Assembly (NCBI RefSeq): GCF_006345805.1
Contig: NW_021825394.1
Coordinates: 1 to 16,000 of the forward strand
Direction of reading: 5' to 3'
Origin: Octopus sinensis
Taxonomy: Eukaryota
DNA: 16,000 bases
The notes under the pieces: generated by a model
Database searches by the model: none
What the model saw: only the letters and a program-made list of their open reading frames with translations
Told to the model about the DNA's origin: nothing
Position numbers and translations under genes: made by a program
Shown: positions 1-8,974 of the stretch, piece after piece
How positions within the stretch are numbered: the first letter of the stretch is position 1
Layout of the letters: every line of letters begins with the position of its first letter

Positions 1-2
1 GG

Positions 3-515
3 CTGTTCTGTGGGAAAAGCTTCACCAGATCCGACGAATTACAGCGCCATCTGCGCACACATACAGGAGAGAAGAGGTTTGCTTGTTCCGAATGCGGTAA
101 ACGTTTCATGCGAAGCGATCATCTCAGCAAACACGTGAAGACACACGAGACGAAGAAGAATAAGATGAGCAACTCTAATGGAAGCGGAGGCGCCACGGGC
201 AAAGCGAGAAAAACCGGAAGTGGTGGTGTACGCATTCACACAGACGAACAGGAAACCGAAAAAATTGAGGTCGATGACGACGACGGAATTGAGATTGATG
301 TCGACGTTGATGTCGACGGTGATGTTGATGTTGATGGTGATGTTGATGTCGATGTCGACGGTGATGTTGACGTTGATGTGGATGGTGATGGTGATGGCGA
401 TGTGGATGGCGATGTAGGAGACAATGCGACTTTATCCGACGAAGATATTGACGTCGAGACTGACTTTACCGACTCGAACCAAGCAATGCTCGCGGCCTCA
501 AAACACTGCAATTAA
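3..515 (+). CDS. Sp5: C-terminal part (5'-truncated by window edge) of an Sp-family C2H2 zinc-finger transcription factor, Sp5/buttonhead class
   Basis: Frame from nt 3 reads [54 protein letters not shown]...; the preceding 'gg' fits a TGG (W). This is the end of ZF2 (to nt 62), the TGEKR linker and ZF3 (78-146) of Sp factors. GKSF in ZF2 and [14 protein letters not shown] in ZF3 match Sp5 as I recall it, rather than Sp1-4 or Sp6-9 (GKRF). Open to TAA at 513-515; the ORF track's ATG at 108 is internal. Confidence 0.92.
   Translation: MFCGKSFTRSDELQRHLRTHTGEKRFACSECGKRFMRSDHLSKHVKTHETKKNKMSNSNGSGGATGKARKTGSGGVRIHTDEQETEKIEVDDDDGIEIDVDVDVDGDVDVDGDVDVDVDGDVDVDVDGDGDGDVDGDVGDNATLSDEDIDVETDFTDSNQAMLAASKHCN
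297..419 (+). repeat. In-frame coding repeat, (DV)nDG units, in the Sp5 tail
   Basis: gat gtc gac gtt gat gtc gac ggt ... gat gta gga: 20 Asp at every second codon, alternating with Val or Gly. Confidence 0.95.
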
Positions 516-522
516 CCACTTA

Positions 523-545
523 ATATATATATACAATACATATAT

Positions 546-617
<72 letters not shown>

Positions 618-752
618 ATATACATACATATATATGTGTGTGTATGTATATATACAGATGTATAGTATATATATATATATATAATATATATATATATATA
701 AATATGTATGTATATATATATATATATATCTAAATATATATATATATATCAT

Positions 753-785
<33 letters not shown>

Positions 786-805
786 TATTATATATGTATA
801 TATAT
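523..805. repeat. (AT)n microsatellite, interrupted
   Basis: Long tatata tract starting 7 nt after the stop codon. Confidence 0.97.
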
Positions 806-1010
806 GGACTTCTATGTGTGGTGTTTGTGTGTATTTGTGTATCTTGTGTCTGTGTGTTTGAAACTCAGCAAGAGCGCGTCGAGAAAGGAATTTATGAAAC
901 ATTTGAAAGAAAAATTTTCAAGAAAATATATATAGAAATAATAACAAAACAAAAAAATGATGAAAAACATTTTCGTCAGCTGCGAAAGAGCAGCAAAGAT
1001 GGTGGGTGAA

Positions 1011-1070
1011 GACGATGACGACGACGACGATGACGACGACGGCAGAAATATCAATAATAAACACAACAGC

Positions 1071-1127
<57 letters not shown>

Positions 1128-1146
1128 TAATAATAATAATAATAAT
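1011..1146. repeat. (GAC/GAT)n (1011-1040) and (AAT)n (1071-1146) microsatellites
   Basis: Direct trinucleotide periodicity. Confidence 0.95.
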
Positions 1147-1364
1147 GTGAATGAAACGGCATCGAGTATAAAATTGTTAACAAAAGGAGGTTGAAGACAA
1201 GAAAAGTACAATACGAAGAATAATTTAGAAAAAAAATATTTTAAATTATTTTGAAAATCAAATTGACAAAAGACAGCTTTTGAGAATGTCAGAATTTGAA
1301 GCTAATTAAGATTGTAATTATTTAAGTACAAACTGATTAACAAGGCTGTCTATAACACCAAGAA

Positions 1365-1669
1365 TACATACATACATATACATACGTACAACATGCATGC
1401 ATACACGTACACACACACGCACACACACACATATATGTATATAATGCCTACATATACATATGCAGATATACATTCATATTTATATAGGTACATACATGCA
1501 CAGACCTTGATTGAACGCACAAAGAAGAGACAATTGGAATAACAATGGAGGTGTCTGCTTACGAAGGAAAACAAACTCTACCACGGTTATTGAGTACTCT
1601 TTCTCCTGTTTAGGCTTCCATATATATTTATGTGTATATATATATACATACATACAGACAGACACACAT

Positions 1670-1717
<48 letters not shown>

Positions 1718-1864
1718 GTTATATATATATGTGTGTGTATGTATATATATGTATATACATACATGTACATATATAAATATATATGTATAAACATGCATTT
1801 ATATATAAGTATATATATATAGGTATATATATATATACACGTGTATATGTATGTGGAATATATA
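1365..1864. repeat. Two compound (CA/TA/TG) microsatellite tracts (1365-1500, 1621-1864)
   Basis: Dinucleotide periodicity flanking a ~120-bp unique island. Confidence 0.9.
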
Positions 1865-2132
1865 TTGGTGAGTTGTATAGGGCCATAACAAGGACGCTAC
1901 AACAATACATTGGTTCCAAAGTTCCAAACAGCGCGACAGAACTCTTGTGTTTTACCACGAAAAAATTTGATCCAAACATCACAGCAGACATATTTTTTTT
2001 TCAATCGATATTGGAATTTCTTCATAGGGACTCATTTCATAGGAACTTTCAAAAGTTTTTTTTATTTCTTTTTTGAGGAGAGAATACCTTTTAATTTTCA
2101 TTTTGTTGTACTCCTAAACATCTAAACCATTC

Positions 2133-2175
2133 TAATTTATTCGTCAAAGGAGCCGCCGACGCCAAATTTATTGGG
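2133..2175. promoter_or_regulatory. Candidate bipartite TCF site (HMG site + Helper site)
   Basis: TCAAAGG (2144-2150; CCTTTGA on minus) followed after 1 nt by GCCGCCG (2152-2158). Motif match only. Confidence 0.35.
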
Positions 2176-2619
2176 AATTACTATATGCTAAAAATAATAC
2201 AGGAGATGTTTTTGAGTTTTTTGTATTGTTTGATATTTTCTTTTTTCTTTTTCTTTTTTTTTTAATCTTAGAATTTGTGAATATTGTATTAGAAAAATAT
2301 GTTTTTAATAGATTTTTCTACCATCTCTCTCTCTCTAACGCCAAAACCTTTGGCGACACTCCAAGTGGATTCAATAGCCTCATGGTAACGCAGTTTCCTG
2401 GTTTCATGGACACGTTGTCAGTGATCCCCAGTTCGTTTCTCTCGTATGGCCATCATCAAGATGGCACCAAAAACCACCACCATCACCAATGACAATAGAA
2501 CCAGCGGCAACTACAAATTGTCAATGGTACAGTTGTTGCTAATAGCACCAGAGGGAGACAATAACATTGAAACTAATATGAGAAGATTTTTAAGAACATA
2601 GAAGCGGGAACGAAATTTG

Positions 2620-2662
2620 CTTTGAGGGTCGAAACTCAAAGACCAACCCAGGATGTTCAAAG
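2620..2662. promoter_or_regulatory. Cluster of three TCF/LEF-type cores
   Basis: CTTTGAG 2620-2626, CTCAAAG 2635-2641, TTCAAAG 2656-2662. Motif match only. Confidence 0.3.
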
Positions 2663-2846
2663 CGTTTCCGTTGTCCCCAACAAAATCTAGGGGCCAAGCA
2701 ATCACTGTTTACGAGCTTATGTACAGGAACAACAAGAATAAAAGAAATAAATCACTGAAATTACCCGTGTTTTATATCAATAACAACGATGAGCGCAAGA
2801 GCAGGAAGGGCAGAAAAAAGAAACAATAGTAGCAGCAACAACAATA

Positions 2847-2917
<71 letters not shown>
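2847..2917. repeat. (CTA)n microsatellite
   Basis: Perfect trinucleotide run. Confidence 0.97.
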
Positions 2918-3455
2918 CACTACTGCAAGAATTAGAACGCAAAAGAAACCACAACAAAAATATAACCATCTGCATCACACGTCTCCATTCCAAATGTCGC
3001 TATTCTGGATATTGAAAAAAAAAAGCGTACTATGTTTTGTGTATTATTGCTTGATTCCAATTAAGTGTAAACAGAAAACCGGAGACGAACTGGAAGCAGA
3101 ACTATCCTGCTTATGTCGTCCGGGTGGAATCGATTCAGTTTGGTCTTCTCTGTCAATGATTCACAGAAACAAGATTCTAGCTTAGATTGGTGCAAGTTCA
3201 GGATTTATTGTGTCTGTCCAAGGACTGTTGCAGAGCAAAGTTACAGTGGGAAAAACACAAAACAAAACAAAAGTGAATCTGGATGCCTCCAAAAGAAAGA
3301 GAACTCAATACAAGTGCCGAATATATAATTTCGTTGAAGGAAATGAAAGAACAATTGCTCACAGAGTATGACTACTTTCGTGTCTTTTGAAAATCTTCGT
3401 GATGAACCGGCATTAGATTAGTCTGACACAATGCTGAGCAATTATACCTCCATTG

Positions 3456-3655
<200 letters not shown>

Positions 3656-3752
3656 CACAGTTGTCCCTAAGCAAAAAAAAAAAAACAAGAGATTGTTGAC
3701 TCGAGAGAAAATATGGTTGCACATTGTTCTAAGCCTCAGATATGACATTAAC

Positions 3753-3812
3753 TACGACGACGACGACGACAATGATGAAGAAGACGAAGAAGAAGAAGAA
3801 GATGAAGAAGAA

Positions 3813-3845
<33 letters not shown>

Positions 3846-3962
3846 GTCGAAGAGGAAGGAGATGAAGAAGGGTATGATGAAAATGATGATGATCATGATG
3901 ATGATCATGATGATAATAATGATGATAATGATGATGATAATGATGATAATGATGATGATAAT
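3753..3962. repeat. Compound (GAC)(GAA)(GAT)(AAT) trinucleotide microsatellite
   Basis: Successive trinucleotide runs; source of the poly-D/E ORF in the track. Confidence 0.92.
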
Positions 3963-4035
3963 GTCGACTGCCTAAATAATGTTGGCTTTGAAATTTGATT
4001 ACCAAATTGTAATACGCACACATTTACACAAAACA

Positions 4036-4218
4036 TGTATATATATTTGTATATACACATATAAATACATAAACATATATATGTATGTATATGATTATGT
4101 ATGTGTGGATATATATATATATATATTAAATGTACACATTCATATGCGCTCACAGATATGTATATATATGTGTATATGTGTATGTATATATGTATATGCA
4201 TATGTGTGCCTGTATATA
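4036..4218. repeat. Degenerate (TA/TG/CA) microsatellite
   Basis: Dinucleotide periodicity. Confidence 0.9.
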
Positions 4219-4695
4219 CCATAAAAAGCGTTATACTGCTAAACAATAAAGAATATAAATAAATAAATAACAAAATGAAATGAACAAAATCGTTTCTGTT
4301 GAAATGTGAACACAGATAAAACGGAACAAGAACAACAGATTAACAGAATTACAGAATTAATTAATTAAAAATAAAAAAAAATCTTTAAAAAACAACATAA
4401 AATCAAACTATATTTAAAACAAAAAATTATATAATTAATGATGAAGGATTGTTTTTTTTTTGTTTTTTTTTACCCTCTCAATTCATGTGTCTTAATGACT
4501 GCATATATGGACCCACTCCCTCGTTTAGTGATGTATTTACTGCTCAAAATATATGATATATTTTAAAGTTATTTTTCTTTGGTTGCAAAATTATGTGGAA
4601 AAAATTGATATAATATGAATAAATGGCTTTCGTGCATCTTTTACGCCGCCTATGTGTTGAATTTATTAATTATTGTTGCTATTGATGTTGAAGTG

Positions 4696-4806
4696 GGGGT
4701 GTAATGGCCCAGTGGTTATGGCAGCGGACTTGCGGTCCCAGGATCGCGGTTTCGATCCCCAGACCGGGCGTTGTGAGTGTTTATTGAGCTAAAGCACCTA
4801 AAGTTC
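4696..4806 (+). mobile_element. tRNA-derived SINE head (family A here), 3'-truncated
   Basis: A-box TGGCCCAGTGG (4705-4715) and B-box-like GGTTTCGATCCC (4748-4759), then non-tRNA body gttgtgagtgtttattgagc; stops abruptly at the next element. Confidence 0.75.
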
Positions 4807-5000
4807 AACACAGAGGGGACAAACAAGGACAGACACACGGATTAAGTCGATTAAGTGCGTAAGTGGTACTTAATTTATCGACCCCGAAGGGATGAAAGGC
4901 AAAATCGAGCTCGGCGGAATTTGAACACAGAACGTAAAGACGGACGAAATGCCACTAAGCGTTTTGTCCGGCATGCTAACGTTTCTGCCAGCTAGCCGAC
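4807..5000 (-). mobile_element. tRNA-derived SINE (family B, GGCGGCGAGCTGGCAG-headed), 3'-truncated
   Basis: Reverse complement aligns to the copies at 13035 and 14021; lacks the last ~25-30 nt and has a ~10-nt internal deletion. Confidence 0.92.
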
Positions 5001-5096
5001 TTGACTGAGACAAATATTTGAAAGGAGAATTTTGTCAACAGTTGACGTACGAAAGGTAAATTAATAATTAAGGTGGAGAGGGACATGTTTTGTTTC

Positions 5097-5488
5097 TTTT
5101 TTTTTTATACATCATCCTATGATATACCAGAACACACCATCGGGTTTTGTTTTCGGGTGTCACTGAGTATTTCAACGTCAAAAACCCTTAATTGGGTGAT
5201 CGAACGGGGTTGATTAAACCCCAGCATGTGTCTACCCCTTGAAGCACTGCCCCTTCCAGGGCTTGAACCACTAGATCCACAGCCAATTTGAGGCACACGC
5301 CGTCGTCTCCACAACCAACCTGATAGCCTTCCATCTACTCGCCTCTGTGATGTCCATGTATTTTATAAGCATTGCAAAGGGTCTGTCCTGCACAACCCCC
5401 CGCATCCCACCTCGATAGCATCATATCTCGCTCATTACCCATTACTTTGGCATAGTTCCACCAGCTTAACATATTTCTTTCTTCTACT
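5097..5488 (-). mobile_element. 3' fragment of a HERO-like non-LTR retrotransposon (restriction-like endonuclease C-terminus + 3'UTR), decayed
   Basis: Minus strand reads RRKKYVKLVELCQSNG**ARYDAIEVGC /fs/ GGCAGQTLCNAYK /fs/ DITEASRWKAIRLVVETTACASNWLWI*WFKPW, matching the remembered HERO terminus (RK..KY..L...C...GW....PIEVGCRGF...AS.WLW...PW). Followed by a HERO-like 3'UTR (...atcaaccccg...gttgaaa...cacccg...gatgatgt) and A10. Confidence 0.75.
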
Positions 5489-5494
5489 CTTATC

Positions 5495-5820
5495 TTGGCT
5501 CAGTGGGTAGAGCGTCGAGCTTACAATCGTGAGGTTGTGAGCTCGAATCCCGGACCGGGCTGTGTGTTGTGTTCTTGAGCAAGCCACTTTATTTCATGTT
5601 ACTCCTGTTCACTCAGCTGTAGAAATAAGTTGAAACGTCACAGGTGCCAAGCTGTATCGACCTTTGCCTTTCCCTTGGATAACACTGATGGCGTGGAGAG
5701 TAGAGGCCAGTATGCATGGGTGACTGCTGGTCTTCCATAAACAACCTTGCCCGGACTTGTGCCTAAGAGGGTAACTTTCTAGGTGCAATACCATGGTCAT
5801 TCATGACTGAAGGGGGTCTC
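5495..5820 (+). mobile_element. tRNA-derived SINE (family C), near full length
   Basis: A-box TGGCTCAGTGG, B-box-like GAGCTCGAATCCC, then gtgttgtgttcttgagcaagccactt, a central motif of the type shared by many metazoan SINEs. Confidence 0.8.
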
Positions 5821-5919
5821 CACACTCTTTTCAACCTCTTTGATGCAGTTCGCCTAGGAAATGGACACTTCTAACAGAACCGCCTCCATGGATGCTTCTG
5901 GTATCAAGGTATGTGTGTT

Positions 5920-6023
5920 ATTGGGGTTAGTAGCCCGCGCTCTTAACCACTACGCCATATATCTGTCGAATGTAAATAATGTAAATAGTGTACGTAATTC
6001 CTCATCTCTTAAATATAGAACTG
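5920..6023 (-). mobile_element. Interspersed-repeat fragment with tRNA-like A-box head
   Basis: Minus strand: ...atatGGCGTAGTGGTTAAGAGCGCGGGCTACTAACCCCAA, truncated before the B-box; resembles a repeat I recall from octopus. Confidence 0.55.
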
Positions 6024-6086
6024 CATTAATGGAACTTTAAAATAAACAAGACCTGGGAGAGGAAGGCTTTCCCCTCATTAAAACAT

Positions 6087-6477
6087 ATGAACCTATAAGA
6101 GAAGTAGAAGAGAAGATACCCTAAAAATAGTTGGCGGTAGGATACTGAGATAGAGCTAAAAAAGCAGGGATCGAACTGGAGAGAAGTAAAAAAGATGGAA
6201 GAGCCCAGACTAATAGGGATTACCTCTTACCAGAAGTAAAATGGGTTCTCGCAGGGCCAAGTACTCTGTTTAGAAAAGAAACAAAGTTGCAAAAGTATCG
6301 ATGACAATTGAAAACCAGTAAAACCTAAGAGAAAAGGGCCTTCTCTCGATGTAGTTTCGGCAGAGCTAAAACGAAGCAGGGATCGGACTGGAAAGAAAGA
6401 GAAAAGGCTGCCCAGAACTGAGGACAGTGCAGAAAGGTCGTTGATGTCTTATGTTCCATAGGGAGCACAGGGTTCAA
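6087..6477 (+). mobile_element. Two decayed copies of an RTE-type LINE ORF C-terminus
   Basis: 6087+: MNL*EK*KRRYPKNSWR*DTEIELKKQGSNWREVKKM. 6360+: AELK /fs/ QGSDWKEREKAAQN*GQCRKVVDVLCSIGSTG. Both match the RTE-like terminus WNPQGKRKRGRP.NTWRR..E.EL......W......AQ.R..WR..V..LCS.G. Confidence 0.7.
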
Positions 6478-6819
6478 ACAAAACTGAAAAGACAGGCGAA
6501 TTGGATGTAGACTGTCGTACTTCATTGCAGATTGAGGCCATGTGAGGGAGGAAAGCGTAGACTGCGAGAATATTACATAATAAAGCAGTGGGGGGGGGGG
6601 AGAAAGATGAGGCTATTGACTGCATTACATTGGTTAGGACGGAATAAGCGGAGATCACATTGAAGCAGGGTCGACACTCCGGTTGCACACAGGTTCACAA
6701 AAGCTATGGCTTCGTGCCCACGCGAGGAAAGAGTTATAATCATAATTGCTTTCATGAAAGCAATCAGAAGTTAATCAATGCTGCAAATCACCAGAGTAAG
6801 ACAGAGTAATGGCATATGA

Positions 6820-6820
<1 letters not shown>

Positions 6821-6858
<38 letters not shown>

Positions 6859-7404
6859 GATATGTAGGTATCGATTCGACTGTCGGGGGTTGGTACAAAG
6901 CGTTAGTCGCATTGCGCTTCCTCATATTGTTTCAGCTTTCGAATAATACCAACCCACTGCCTCAGCGGAGAGGCCACTAATATATATATGAATGTATGTG
7001 TGTGTGTATATGTATGTATATATATATATATGTATATATACATAGATATATATCTATATATGTATATATGTATATATATCTATATATGTATATATATCTA
7101 TACATGTATATATATATATATCTATATCTATATATGTATATATATATATATATATATATACATATGTATATATACATACATATGTATACATATACATATG
7201 AATATACATAGGTATATATGTATGTGTATATATATATGTATATGTATATATACATATATATACATATACATACTTATATACTCATGTATGCATATATATA
7301 TATATGTATATACACTATACATAAATATACACACTATATTCATATATATTTTATGTTACACACACACACACACTCACACACACGCACACACACAGACACA
7401 CACA
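6821..7404. repeat. (TG)n (6821-6866) and long (TA/TG/CA) tract (6980-7404)
   Basis: Dinucleotide periodicity. Confidence 0.95.
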
Positions 7405-7947
7405 TGCGTTGGAGTTGCTTTTGGTTGGCAAGAGTTTGCCTGTGAGACCGTCTATTGAAACTGCCTGCAACTATTACATCGTAGAGAAACATGTTTATCA
7501 TTTACAAAAAAAAAAAAAATACAGGGAAGAAACCCGAACCAACGCATAAAAGAATATGCATTAAATTGACAAATTAAAAGTCGAGAATAAGTGAAAGAAA
7601 AAAAAGAAAAAAAACGAAAAAGTGAGAATGAAATAAGAGGAGAGAAAGGATTGAACCATCACCCCCAGGGCTTTCTTAATGTCTCTTTCAACATTGGACA
7701 TTACAATTGAGTGGCAAAAAGAAACAAAATGAAATCCAGAGGTTCATTTTTTTTTTACTCCAGCTCTCTATTTTTTTTGCTCCCTATTTGTAACCCTTTC
7801 AACACTAGACCCTGTAATCTTAGAATTAATACTGCATCCTTACTTTAACAAAAAACGTGGACACAAACCCTCTTTCCGATCCCATCCCTTTATACCCGGT
7901 TCTTAAAATCAACTCTCAGACGTATTTGAACGGGTCTTAACTTCAAA

Positions 7948-8252
7948 TACACACATACACATACACACACAGGTACACAGACACACAGACACATGCACAC
8001 ACATGTACACACATACACACACACATACACACATACAGACACACGCGTACGCACGCACACACATAGGCACACACACATACACGTACACAGACACAGACAC
8101 ATACTCATACACAAAAACACACAAACACACACACACATACACACACATGCACATACACGTACGCACACGCACACACGCGCACACACACGTACACATACAC
8201 GCACACGTACGCACACACACACACACACATACATGTATACACACACATGCGT
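7948..8252. repeat. Degenerate (CA)n microsatellite
   Basis: Dinucleotide periodicity; source of HT/VC-rich ORFs. Confidence 0.95.
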
Positions 8253-8342
8253 ACACGGAGACTGTAAGGAAGCCCGTCCTATATATATATATCTTCTAAT
8301 TATTATCTTTTACTTGTTTCAGTCACTAGACTGCGGCCATGC
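8253..8342. mobile_element. Two short SINE tail fragments: family K 3' end (+, ~8253-8280) and family E tail (-, 8303-8342)
   Basis: ggagactgtaaggaagcccgtc matches the K 3' end (cf. minus copy at 15719); ttatcttttacttgtttcagtcactagactgcggccatgc is complementary to gcatggccacaatctaatgac at ~9062-9082. Confidence 0.6.
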
Positions 8343-8351
8343 ATTTACAAT

Positions 8352-8387
8352 CACACACACACACACACACACACCACAACTAATTTG

Positions 8388-8457
<70 letters not shown>

Positions 8458-8593
8458 TTTAAATGTCTTACTTTGAAAAATTGCATTCGGTGGGATTAGT
8501 AATATTTTGGTAGAAATGACTGATTGTCCCTCTTAGCGTTTGGCATGTATGTATAATGCCCTTCTGGCATGTATGTATAATGCCCTCTTATAT

Positions 8594-8637
<44 letters not shown>
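8352..8637. repeat. (CA)/(TA) tracts (8352-8458, 8594-8637)
   Basis: Dinucleotide periodicity. Confidence 0.9.
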
Positions 8638-8639
<2 letters not shown>

Positions 8640-8974
8640 TCCGTCTGCAAATCTGACGGAGGCTCAAAAGACATTTTAAGATTCCCAAAGATCCAAACCT
8701 GTAGTCAGCGCATCACTAAACTGCAAAATCGGATGTGCAATCTATGTGGGTGTTTTTTTCAAAACATTGTCTGGTTTAAAAAAAAACACATCTGACGCCA
8801 TGATGGTTCTAAGGTATATCAAACTCTGCGTAAGGAGTAGACAACCACCATATATATATGTTGGATAAAATCATAATTAAATGATCCTCCTGTGTTTTTC
8901 TTTTACCCATAGCCAGGAACTTTTCAGCAACCCCTCGTAGAAGTCTTCCACTAAGTTTGGCAAAAAGAAAACTA

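Noticed and set aside
39-511. Alternative-frame ORFs over the Sp5 exon (39-239 -, 178-417 +, 236-511 -)
   Set aside because: Shadows of the real frame; the GAT/GTY repeat lacks stops in these frames.
424-1991. YI-, HT-, poly-L/I/N-rich ORFs in the putative 3'UTR
   Set aside because: Translations of (AT)n, (CA)n and (AAT)n microsatellites.
2226-2705. ORFs 2226-2492 (+) and 2511-2705 (-)
   Set aside because: Short, partly poly-T-derived, no recognisable domain or convincing splice structure.
3740-3998. Poly-Asp/Glu reading frame with an upstream cctcAG as a possible acidic terminal exon
   Set aside because: Homogeneous trinucleotide runs with little synonymous scrambling, unlike the Sp5 repeat; Sp5 already stops at 515 and no upstream donor partner was found. 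Best explained as a microsatellite.
4696-5570. tRNA genes at the A/B-box-containing heads (4696, 5495; also 9137-9168, 9304, 9921)
   Set aside because: No complete cloverleaf, and they run into repeated SINE bodies; treated as SINE heads or fragments.
6490-6760. Possible third decayed RTE 3' end (RLSYF...GHV-like)
   Set aside because: Similarity too weak to support by eye.
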